Shown here piece after piece: positions 26,498 through 34,793 of a stretch of 60,301 nt of DNA. Position 1 is the stretch's first letter, and every line of letters starts with the position of its first letter. The DNA is from Candidatus Falkowbacteria bacterium (GTDB taxonomy: Bacteria; Patescibacteriota; Patescibacteriia; Patescibacteriales; WJLG01), in NCBI GenBank assembly GCA_963747695.1, contig CAVVFV010000002.1:1-60301 (forward strand), in the 5' to 3' direction. A program made the translations under genes and the position numbers. The notes beneath the pieces were generated by a model. It was not told the DNA's origin, did no database searches, and saw only the letters and a list, made by a program, of their open reading frames with translations.

Positions 26498-27082
26498 ATG
26501 GCATCCACCGAAGCATTTTTAGAAAATGAAGCCGAACTCGTGGAAAAAGCCAAGGTCGATGACCAGGCTTTTAGTATTCTTTACCAGCATTATTTTCCCA
26601 AAATTTACGGCTACGTGCAGAAGCGGGTGGGCGGGCGGGAAACGGCGGAAGATATCGTCTCCCAGGTTTTCTTGAAGGCCTTCGGCCATCGGCAAAATTA
26701 TCAAAGCCGCGGTTTTTCTTTCGGCGCTTGGCTTTACCGCATCGCCACCAATGCTTTGACGGATCATTATCGCCGCCAGGGAACGCACGAGGAAACGGCG
26801 ATCACTGATGATCCGGCGCAAGAACCGGCCGGAGAAAATTTGACCGTCGAGCTGATGCAAAAAAGCGACCGGGCGGCCATCGAAAAGGTGTTGAAGAAAA
26901 TGCCGGAACGTTACCGCCAAGCGGTTCAGCTGCGTTATTTCGCGGAAATGGAAATCTTTGAGATCGCCGAAACTCTGCAACTCCCCAAAACGCACGTCTC
27001 GGTGATTTTGCATCGGGCTCTGCAATGTTTTCGGCAGCAGGCGGATAAGGCCGGGATAAAATTTTATCTCATCATTTTTTGA
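26498..27082 (+). CDS. RNA polymerase sigma-70 factor, ECF subfamily
   Basis: Region 2 (FPKIYGYVQKRVG..AEDIVSQVFLKAF, FGAWLYRIATNALTDHYRR) and region 4 (RYRQAVQLRYFAEMEIFEIAETLQLPKTHVSVILHRAL). Confidence 0.9.
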   Translation: MASTEAFLENEAELVEKAKVDDQAFSILYQHYFPKIYGYVQKRVGGRETAEDIVSQVFLKAFGHRQNYQSRGFSFGAWLYRIATNALTDHYRRQGTHEETAITDDPAQEPAGENLTVELMQKSDRAAIEKVLKKMPERYRQAVQLRYFAEMEIFEIAETLQLPKTHVSVILHRALQCFRQQADKAGIKFYLIIF

Positions 27083-27090
27083 TCGGCGGC

Positions 27091-27168
27091 CGTAGGAACG
27101 CAAAGTATTGCGTTCCTGCCAATTTGTAAATATATCGGTGAACGTAGGAACGCAATATTTTGCGTTCT
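27091..27168. repeat. Pair of GGAACGCAA-N4-TTGCGTTCC-type palindromic units (locus 2)
   Basis: cgtaggaacgcaaagtattgcgttcc (27091-27116) and cgtaggaacgcaatattttgcgttct (27143-27168). They lie between the ECF sigma stop and the A2M-like start. Confidence 0.9.
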
Positions 27169-27185
27169 AACAATTTTGAAAATAT

Positions 27186-30100
27186 ATGACTGAACAATTT
27201 AAACAAACAGCCGGGAGTGAGAACGAAACCGAGCGTAATAAAGCTGAAGCTGAGGCGTTATCAAAAGCAGAGGCCAAGATTAAAAACCTCGCTTTTAAAG
27301 ATGAGCCGGCCGCACCGAATTTCCGGGAAGGTTTAGCCAATCGGATCCTGGCGGCACGCCATCAGCATTTTTCTATGTCCGAATTTTTCGCCAAGCTCGC
27401 CCGCGGTTTGATTTTTATGTTTGACGCCAAGGCTTTTGTTCCAGCCGTGGTCACTTTTTTGATTCTTGCCGTCGGATTGGGCTTGGTCTATTCTCATCTG
27501 CCGCTGCCGCAGGTAGCCGTCAGTAATCCCTGGGGGAAAATTTCCCAGCTGCTTATCAACCCGGCTTACGCCCAGGATGATTTTTCCGCCGTGGCCACTA
27601 TTTCCGACAGCCTGGGCGTGGCGGCTGACACGGCCTTTATCGTCAAAAGCAAAGAGGTGATTGATGAACAGACGCTTAGAGCCAATCTCACCCTGCAACC
27701 GGCGACGGATTTCACTTTGACTAAGATCGACGACAATACATATAAAGTAACGCCCGCGCAAACCCTGGCGCAAAAGAAAGTTTATACTCTTAAGATCGCC
27801 AGCGCTTATATCGATCAAAGCGGCGCCACGGTCGAGCGCGATTATTCCTGGGCTTTCCAGATAAAAGATATCTTCAAGGTCTTGAGTTCGATTCCGGCCA
27901 ATCAAGCCACCGCTGTTCCGCTGGATGCTGGCATCGAAGTAACTTTTTCCGATGAAAATTTCACCAACTACGAACAGGCGTTCAAGATCGAACCGGCCGT
28001 CTCGGGCCATTTTGAAGTCCACAAACGGACTTTGGTTTTCGTTCCCAAAGCATTGGCCGCCGGGACGATCTATACCGTAACTATCGATAAGGACGCCTTG
28101 AAAGTTACGGGCAGCGAGGCCAAATTGGCGGAAAATTATGTAATCAAATTTGAAACCGATCCGGCCGGCATTAAGCGCGGCGAGTATTCCGAATTCAATT
28201 GGCAAAATTCTTTTAATGAAGTTTATACCGACCGCCAGCCGGCGCTGGCCGTCAACATCTATAATATCAATCAAGCGCAATTCCCCATCGAAGTCTATGC
28301 TTTTGCTAACGTCGATGATTTTGTCGCGGCCCTGCAAAAATCCGAAAAAGTCCCTTATTGGGCCGAGTATAATCGTACCGTTTACAATACCGATGTTTCG
28401 TCTCTGACCAAGGTTGCATCGTTTTCCGTGCCGCTGTCGCCTTACGGCTATAATCAATATTTGGTTTTCCCCGACCAATTAAGCAAAGGTTTTTACGTGG
28501 TGCAGGTCAATATCAACGGCGTTAAGATCCAGACCTTCGTGGAAGTTTCCGATCTGACCGATTACACTTCGGTGACCGATAACAATACCCTGGTCTGGTT
28601 GAATGACATCCGCACCAAAAAGCCGGTCGCGGGAGCGAAAGTGGAAGTTATCGGTTCGGACAAACAGGCTGTCACCGGCAAAGACGGCACGGCTGTCTTG
28701 CCGACTTCCTGGCTCAACACCGGCGAGGATGCTAACCGCAATTATTTATTGATTGACGCCGGCGACAAAACTATCGTGCCGCTCGATTTCAATTGCCAAG
28801 ACTGCGCTCCGCAGGGCGTGGCGCGGACTCCTTCCGGCGCCGATTATTGGAATTATTTTTATACGGACCGGATGACTTACGAACCGGGCGATACGGTCAG
28901 CTATTGGGGATTTATCCAGCCGCGGGCCGGAGCGGTGAGCACTTCGACGGTCACGCTTAAATTATTCGGCGGGCAAGATTATTATGATTATTATGACAAC
29001 CCCATTCCGCTTTTACAGACTTCGGCGGCGATTGGCGCTGATTTCACTTTCAGCGGCGCGATTCCCTTGAGCACCCTGTCGGTCGGCTATTACCATCTGC
29101 AATATTATATCGGCGATAATGAGATCGGCAGCCGGGATTTCGCCATCGAAACATACGTTAAGCCGCCTTATAAATTAGTCGCCACCACGAGCCGGCAGGC
29201 TGTTTTCGCCGGCAGCAGCGAAACCATCACGGTGGCGGCCAACTTTTTTGAAGGCACGCCCGTGCCGAATCTGGCCTTGCAGGAAACGGGCGATACCGGA
29301 CAACTCAAGACTGATAGCCAGGGCAAAGTCGTAAAAACTTTTTCCGTCAATCGCGTCTCCGGCGATTACGGCAGCAATTGCAATTATTTTTATCCGGTCG
29401 CGTCCGAAGAATCCGATATCTCCACTTACGCTTGTTATACCGTTTTCAATTACAGCGTCGTTCCGCAAGGCGAATTGGCCAAGGTCGACGGTACCAACCA
29501 GGAAAAACTGCAGTTGACCGTGAAGAAAGTCGATCTCGCCGCGGCCAACGTCGCCGGGGCGACCGAGGATCAATTCTTGCACGAAGCGGCGCCCGGACTT
29601 GCCTTAACCGGGACCATCACCGAAATTTCCTATCAAGCCGTCGATACCGGCCAATACTATGATTTTGTCAATAAGGTGGTGCGCCATACTTATAGTTATA
29701 ATCCGGTCAGCACTAATATCGGCTCCTTCACCGGGACGACTGATTCGTCCGGCGGTTTCCAATATTCCTTTGCCGCTCAGCCGCAGCATAGTTACGTGGT
29801 TGATGTCACCATCAAGAATAGCGACGGCCAAGAGATCAGTGAAAAGTACGAATCTTATTACAGCCAGTATAGCTTTGATAATCAAGGCGACTATTATAAT
29901 CTGGCTTTCAAAGATCCAAAGCAGACGGCCTTTTCCATCGGCGATCACGTGGCGATCCAGTATTACAACAAGGACCAGGTTTTGCCGGATGGCGCCGGCC
30001 AATTCCTTTATTATCGGCTGGCCAACGGTTTGGTCGATTATCAGATCAGCGGCAGCGCCGAATATGATTTTAATTTTGAACAGCGTTTTCTGCCCGGCGT

Positions 30101-32765
30101 TTACGTGATGGGGGTTTATTTCGACGGCGAGACTTATCATCGGCCCGGGTCGGCGGATTATTGGTCGGGAATGTCCTCAGGGCTTTACGTTCCCTTTAAG
30201 AAAACCGACCGGCAATTGAAAGTCGAAGTGACGCCGGATCAGGATAAGTATCAGCCCGGCGGCGAGGTTAAACTTAACGTCAAAGTTTCCGATCAGCACG
30301 GAAAACCGGTGGCCGCCGCGGTCAATCTCAATCTGGTCGACGAATCTTATTACGCGATTTATCCGGAAAGCGTTGATCCTTTGGGAGGATTGTATGGCAA
30401 TGCCGTCGAGAGCGGCGAATTGACTTCCTATATTTCCAATCCGGCGCCCAACATCGGTTCCGAGGGCGCGGAACGGGGCGGCTGCTTCCTGGGCGGCACC
30501 AAGATAACCATGGCCGATCACTCGGTAAAAAATATCGAAGATATCAAGGTCGGCGATGAGCTACTCACTTTTACCAACGAAACGGCGAAGAGTTTGGTCC
30601 CGGAAAAAGTAACCAAGACTTACGCTTATGAAGTCGACGAATATCTGGTGATCAACGATAAATTGAAGATTACGCCGGTCCATCGCGTTTTTTTGAACGG
30701 CCAATGGCAGATGATCGGCCAGGCCAAGGTCGGCGACTGGCTGCTTGATGAAAATGGCGAAAAAGTGAAGATTACCAAGATCGAAGATAAACGCGGCGTG
30801 TTCAAGGTTTACAATTTGACCGTCGAACCTTATCATACTTTTTTTGCCGAAGGATTCTATGTCCATAACGACAAAGGCGGCGGCGTCCGTTCGCTATTCG
30901 TGGACACGGCGGTGTTCTTGAACGTAAATACCGGCGCCGACGGGATGGCCACCGCCGATTTTAAATTGCCGGATAATATAACTTCCTGGCGCGTCACCGC
31001 GCAGGCGCTTACCGGCGGTCTATCCGCCGGTTATAAAGTCATTGATCTCAAATCGTCCTTGCCCGCCTTCGTCAATACCACTTTTGCCCATGAATATCTG
31101 ACCGTGGATAAACCGGTCGTGAAAGCGCGGGCTTTCGGCGATGCGCTGCATAATGCCGATCCGGTGCAATTCAAGATGGAGGCGCCGACGCTGGGATTTT
31201 CCAGCTCGACGACCGGCCAGGCTTTTACCGCCGCTTATTTCCAATTGCCGCAATTATCGGCCGGCGAGCAATCAATCACTACTTCGATCGCCGCCGATGG
31301 CTACCAGGACGCGGTTTTGGAAAAAATAAATGTGCTCGATACGCGTTTTCGGGAAACAAAAACCAACTTCTATGCTCTCTCGGCCGCTCTTAAGCCGGCC
31401 GGGGCGAGCGACGGCCAAACTGATCTTTTCTTCAGCGACCAGAACCAGGGCCGGTTCTATGACCAGCTTTCTTATTGCTATTATTGTTCGGCCGGCGACC
31501 GCGTCGATCAGAAATTGGCGCGGGTAGTTTCAGCGCAATTGCGGCAAAAATATTTCGGCGAAGCAAATCCCGCTCCGGAAAATTTCGACGGCTCGCTTTA
31601 TCAGACCGATGACGGCGGCATCGCTTTGCTGCCTTACGCTTCTTCGGATCTGGAATTATCGGCTAAAGTCGCTTTCATCGCCGGCAGTTACTTCGATCAG
31701 GTCAGATTGACCAATTATTTTTACCAGATCCTTTCGGCCGACGATTCGACGGGCGAGCAAGTGGGCATCGCCCTCTTCGCCTTGAGCGGTTTGGGTGAAC
31801 CGGTTTTGACGCAGGCGGAAAATTACGCCGCTTTGCCCGATCTCACCGTCAAAGAAAAATTGTATATCGGCATCGCCCTGGATCAGCTGGGCGACGCGGA
31901 AACGGCCCGTGATATTTATCTCGGCGTGATGAAAGATTATGGCGAAAAATTAGATCCCTATCTGCGCTTGAAAGTTTCCAATGACAATGATGAAATTTTG
32001 GCGGCGACCTCTTTGGCGGCAATTCTCGCCGGCAGCTTGGGGATTTCCGATCATGAGCAGCTCTGGAATTATGTGGAGAATAATTATGCCCAAGAGACCT
32101 TGATCGATCTGGAAAAATTGATCTATGTCCAGGAAACTCTGCCTAAGCTGACCCCGGGCACCGCTTCCTTTACCATCAATCTTCCCGGGCAAAAGATCGA
32201 CAAATCCCTCGCCCACGGCGAAAGCTTTCATCTCTCCGTCAGCCCGGCGGAACTGGCGGCGATTTCTTTCAGCAACATCAAGGGGCAGATCGGTTTGACC
32301 AGCTCTTATGAAGAACGCGAGACCAATATCGCGCCTCAGAATAATTCCTATGTTTCGCTCCAGCGGGAGTATTACGTCAACGGAGTTAAGACCGATACTT
32401 TCCACGACGGCGATCTGGTGGAAATCAGGATGACCCCGTCTTTTACGGCCGGCGCGCTTAATTCCGATTATCAGATCACGGACCTGCTTCCTTCCGGACT
32501 CGCTTTGATGTCCAATCTTTATACCCGCGGCGGCAGCTATTCCTGCAATGATTATTTCCCATATGAGGTCGACGGCCAGACGGTAAAATTCTCGATTGGC
32601 AAGGATTGGACCAGTTATAACGGCTGCCATAATGATTATTTCAGCTATTTCGCCCGCGTCGTCAATCCGGGCGAATATAAAGCCGAACCGGCGGTGATCC
32701 AGTCGTTTGAATCGGCTGGCGTCAAGAATTATACCGGTTCGGACACGGTCTTGATCGAAAAATAA
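27186..32765 (+). CDS. Giant membrane-anchored alpha-2-macroglobulin-family protein (no thioester motif) containing a Hint module
   Basis: An ~80-aa cytoplasmic N-terminus and one TM helix (VPAVVTFLILAVGLGLVY) come first. Then SbsA/Big_5-like Ig domains and an MG2-like LKVEVTPDQDKYQPGGEVKLNVKV. The A2M-domain signature FLNVNTGADGMATADFKLPDNITSWRVTAQAL and a C-terminal ITDLLPSGLALMSN (bMG10-like) follow. No CxEQ found. Confidence 0.8.
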   Translation: MTEQFKQTAGSENETERNKAEAEALSKAEAKIKNLAFKDEPAAPNFREGLANRILAARHQHFSMSEFFAKLARGLIFMFDAKAFVPAVVTFLILAVGLGLVYSHLPLPQVAVSNPWGKISQLLINPAYAQDDFSAVATISDSLGVAADTAFIVKSKEVIDEQTLRANLTLQPATDFTLTKIDDNTYKVTPAQTLAQKKVYTLKIASAYIDQSGATVERDYSWAFQIKDIFKVLSSIPANQATAVPLDAGIEVTFSDENFTNYEQAFKIEPAVSGHFEVHKRTLVFVPKALAAGTIYTVTIDKDALKVTGSEAKLAENYVIKFETDPAGIKRGEYSEFNWQNSFNEVYTDRQPALAVNIYNINQAQFPIEVYAFANVDDFVAALQKSEKVPYWAEYNRTVYNTDVSSLTKVASFSVPLSPYGYNQYLVFPDQLSKGFYVVQVNINGVKIQTFVEVSDLTDYTSVTDNNTLVWLNDIRTKKPVAGAKVEVIGSDKQAVTGKDGTAVLPTSWLNTGEDANRNYLLIDAGDKTIVPLDFNCQDCAPQGVARTPSGADYWNYFYTDRMTYEPGDTVSYWGFIQPRAGAVSTSTVTLKLFGGQDYYDYYDNPIPLLQTSAAIGADFTFSGAIPLSTLSVGYYHLQYYIGDNEIGSRDFAIETYVKPPYKLVATTSRQAVFAGSSETITVAANFFEGTPVPNLALQETGDTGQLKTDSQGKVVKTFSVNRVSGDYGSNCNYFYPVASEESDISTYACYTVFNYSVVPQGELAKVDGTNQEKLQLTVKKVDLAAANVAGATEDQFLHEAAPGLALTGTITEISYQAVDTGQYYDFVNKVVRHTYSYNPVSTNIGSFTGTTDSSGGFQYSFAAQPQHSYVVDVTIKNSDGQEISEKYESYYSQYSFDNQGDYYNLAFKDPKQTAFSIGDHVAIQYYNKDQVLPDGAGQFLYYRLANGLVDYQISGSAEYDFNFEQRFLPGVYVMGVYFDGETYHRPGSADYWSGMSSGLYVPFKKTDRQLKVEVTPDQDKYQPGGEVKLNVKVSDQHGKPVAAAVNLNLVDESYYAIYPESVDPLGGLYGNAVESGELTSYISNPAPNIGSEGAERGGCFLGGTKITMADHSVKNIEDIKVGDELLTFTNETAKSLVPEKVTKTYAYEVDEYLVINDKLKITPVHRVFLNGQWQMIGQAKVGDWLLDENGEKVKITKIEDKRGVFKVYNLTVEPYHTFFAEGFYVHNDKGGGVRSLFVDTAVFLNVNTGADGMATADFKLPDNITSWRVTAQALTGGLSAGYKVIDLKSSLPAFVNTTFAHEYLTVDKPVVKARAFGDALHNADPVQFKMEAPTLGFSSSTTGQAFTAAYFQLPQLSAGEQSITTSIAADGYQDAVLEKINVLDTRFRETKTNFYALSAALKPAGASDGQTDLFFSDQNQGRFYDQLSYCYYCSAGDRVDQKLARVVSAQLRQKYFGEANPAPENFDGSLYQTDDGGIALLPYASSDLELSAKVAFIAGSYFDQVRLTNYFYQILSADDSTGEQVGIALFALSGLGEPVLTQAENYAALPDLTVKEKLYIGIALDQLGDAETARDIYLGVMKDYGEKLDPYLRLKVSNDNDEILAATSLAAILAGSLGISDHEQLWNYVENNYAQETLIDLEKLIYVQETLPKLTPGTASFTINLPGQKIDKSLAHGESFHLSVSPAELAAISFSNIKGQIGLTSSYEERETNIAPQNNSYVSLQREYYVNGVKTDTFHDGDLVEIRMTPSFTAGALNSDYQITDLLPSGLALMSNLYTRGGSYSCNDYFPYEVDGQTVKFSIGKDWTSYNGCHNDYFSYFARVVNPGEYKAEPAVIQSFESAGVKNYTGSDTVLIEK
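30483..30869 (+). other. Hint (intein-like / BIL-type) domain embedded in the A2M-like ORF, 129 aa
   Basis: CFLGGTKITMADHS (block A, Cys1), ITPVH (TxxH, block B), VYNLTVEPYHTFFA (block F) and GFYVHN (block G). The next codon, 30870-30872, is GAC (Asp), not Cys/Ser/Thr. Confidence 0.8.
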
Positions 32766-32796
32766 ATTGAGATAGTTTGTAACCATCTCATCTCTT

Positions 32797-34731
32797 ATGC
32801 CGGCTAGAAAAAAGTTTATCATTTTAGTTTCTGCTCTATGCGCATCGGCGGTCATTTTGGCCGCCGGTGCGTTTGTCTTGGAGAAGCAAACTCGTCCCGC
32901 GCCGCAGGCCGCCGCGGAGATCATCCCGGTGGCGGAGACGGTCGATACTTTTCCCTATGATCACGATCTTTTCAACGAGGTGATCAGTAAGAATTATGCC
33001 GACCGGATGGCGACGAGCGGCCCGGTGGTGGCCGGACTTGTCCCGCATCATGATCTGGCCGGATCGCTCGCGGCGGAATTTTTTTCTTCGTTGGCGCAAA
33101 AACAAAAGGTCAAGAATTTTATCATCATCGGCCCGCTGCATTCCGACCAGTCCCTCGCCCCGATCATTTCCGGTCATTTTATTTGGGATGCGGGCTTCGC
33201 GCGCGTCGAAAATAATTATGCTATTCTCGACGAGCTGGTGAAAAGCGGTCTGGTCGTCTACAATGATCCGGCCGTTAAAACCGAGCACTCGCTTTATAAT
33301 ATGGTGCCGTTCATCGCCCACTATTTCCCGGAGGCGAAGATCGTGCCGATCGCTTTGACTTCGCATAATTCGCCCGAGCAATGTTTCGCCTTGGCGACCG
33401 CCTTGCAAAAATATCTGAAGCAAGGCGACACGGTCGTCGTCGCTTCGATCGATTTTTCCCATTATCTTCCTTCCGACCAGACGCCGGCCAAGAACGCCCG
33501 GATGATCGAGCTGATCAATGACCGCGATTATCAGACGATTTCCGGTTTGAAGAATGATTATTTGGATTCGCCGCCTTCGCTGATCACTCTGCTCCAAGCC
33601 GCGGATCTCTCCGGCGCGAGAGTTAATATTTTGCAGTCGACCAATTCCGGAGAGATCACCGGGACGCCCTATCTTTCTTCAACGAGTTACGTCAGCGCTT
33701 TTTTTGCCGCCCCCCTCCTTTCCAAGGAGGGGTCTCTCGGTGGTTCGGCAACGGGAGTACCGGGAGACAATTCCACAAGTGCGTTCCTGCCGACTGCCGC
33801 TAATAATCCGCTCAAGCTGCTTTTTTTCGGCGACATCATGCTTGACCGCCACGTGGGTGAAAAGATCAAAGCCGCGGGAAATTTGGACTGGATATTTTCC
33901 GCCCTGGATCGGGCCGGTATTTTTGCCGGCAACGATCTGGTTTCCGCCAATCTGGAAGGCGCGGTAACCGATAACGGCGCGCACTATCCGCCGACCTTGT
34001 CGATTGATTTTGCCTTTACGCCGGCACTGGTCGGCCAATTGGCCAAATATGATTTTAACTATTTCAATATCGCCAATAATCATTTAGCCGATCAGGGCAA
34101 AAATGGTATAATAGAGACAGAAAAAAATTTGGCCGATCTGGGTTTTGCTTTTGCCGGTTGTGCTGACCGGCAAATCGGTGATTGCACTTCGAAGATCATC
34201 CAGAAAAACGGCCGCCGGATCGGACTCGTCGGCGCCAGCATGGTTTACGGGTCGCTCGATGAAAAAGCGCTGCTTAGTCAGGTTAAAGAATTGGCGAGTA
34301 CGACCGATTTGGTCGTTGCGCAAATGCACTGGGGCACGGAATATCAGCACGCGGCCAACAAAAATCAGATCAGTCTGGCGCATCAGTTGATCGATGCCGG
34401 CGCCGATCTGGTTATCGGAACGCACCCGCATGTTGTCGAAGGCATTGAGATCTATAAAGATAAACCGATTTTTTATTCCTTGGGCAATTTCGTCTTTGAC
34501 CAATATTTTTCTACCGATACCCAGCAAGAATTGGGCGTGCAGATTACCGCTGATGGCAATGATTTTAAAATCGATCTCTTACCGATCGAATCCGAAGCTT
34601 CCCAGCTGCGCTTAATGAATGATCAAGAAAAAAATAAATTTTTATCCGAACTGGCTGGCTGGTCAATCGGCAGCGAAGATTTAAAAAATGAAATAAGAAG
34701 CGGTATAATACAAGTAAAAAGTAATAAGTAA
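32797..34731 (+). CDS. Membrane-anchored fusion: MEMO1/AmmeMemoRadiSam-B-like domain + CapA (PGA_cap metallophosphatase-like) domain
   Basis: N-terminal TM helix. The Memo-like part has GLVPHHDLAG, IIIGPLH, TEHSLYNMVPF and SIDFSHY. The CapA-like part has LLFFGDIMLDR, ANLEGAV, NIANNHLAD, AQMHWGTEY and GTHPHVVEGIE. The junction carries a palindromic element (33712-33732). Confidence 0.75.
   Translation: MPARKKFIILVSALCASAVILAAGAFVLEKQTRPAPQAAAEIIPVAETVDTFPYDHDLFNEVISKNYADRMATSGPVVAGLVPHHDLAGSLAAEFFSSLAQKQKVKNFIIIGPLHSDQSLAPIISGHFIWDAGFARVENNYAILDELVKSGLVVYNDPAVKTEHSLYNMVPFIAHYFPEAKIVPIALTSHNSPEQCFALATALQKYLKQGDTVVVASIDFSHYLPSDQTPAKNARMIELINDRDYQTISGLKNDYLDSPPSLITLLQAADLSGARVNILQSTNSGEITGTPYLSSTSYVSAFFAAPLLSKEGSLGGSATGVPGDNSTSAFLPTAANNPLKLLFFGDIMLDRHVGEKIKAAGNLDWIFSALDRAGIFAGNDLVSANLEGAVTDNGAHYPPTLSIDFAFTPALVGQLAKYDFNYFNIANNHLADQGKNGIIETEKNLADLGFAFAGCADRQIGDCTSKIIQKNGRRIGLVGASMVYGSLDEKALLSQVKELASTTDLVVAQMHWGTEYQHAANKNQISLAHQLIDAGADLVIGTHPHVVEGIEIYKDKPIFYSLGNFVFDQYFSTDTQQELGVQITADGNDFKIDLLPIESEASQLRLMNDQEKNKFLSELAGWSIGSEDLKNEIRSGIIQVKSNK
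33712..33732. repeat. GC-rich palindrome CCCCTCCTT-TCC-AAGGAGGGG inside a CDS (domain junction)
   Basis: Nine-bp arms, translated in frame as PLLSKEG. Homologous to 48085-48105. Confidence 0.9.
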
Positions 34732-34778
34732 AAAGTAAAAAACCGTGTTTAATTTTTTTTACTTTTTACTTATTACTT
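34719..34778 (+). terminator. 24-bp perfect-stem AT-rich hairpin overlapping the stop codon of the Memo-CapA gene
   Basis: aagtaataagtaaaaagtaaaaaa (34719-34742) pairs with ttttttactttttacttattactt (34755-34778). The left arm encodes the last codons and the TAA. Confidence 0.7.
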
Positions 34779-34793
34779 CTTACTTAATTTTTT

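Noticed and set aside
30483-30872. Canonical splicing intein
   Set aside because: All Hint blocks are present, but the +1 residue after HN is Asp rather than Cys/Ser/Thr. A BIL or PT-HINT-type cleaving module is therefore more consistent. Splicing is not excluded experimentally.
31255-31275. AGEQ tetrapeptide (LSAGEQS) as a degenerate CxEQ thioester site
   Set aside because: It lies within what aligns as the end of the A2M/MG7 domain rather than the start of a thioester domain, and it lacks the Cys. It was treated as coincidental.
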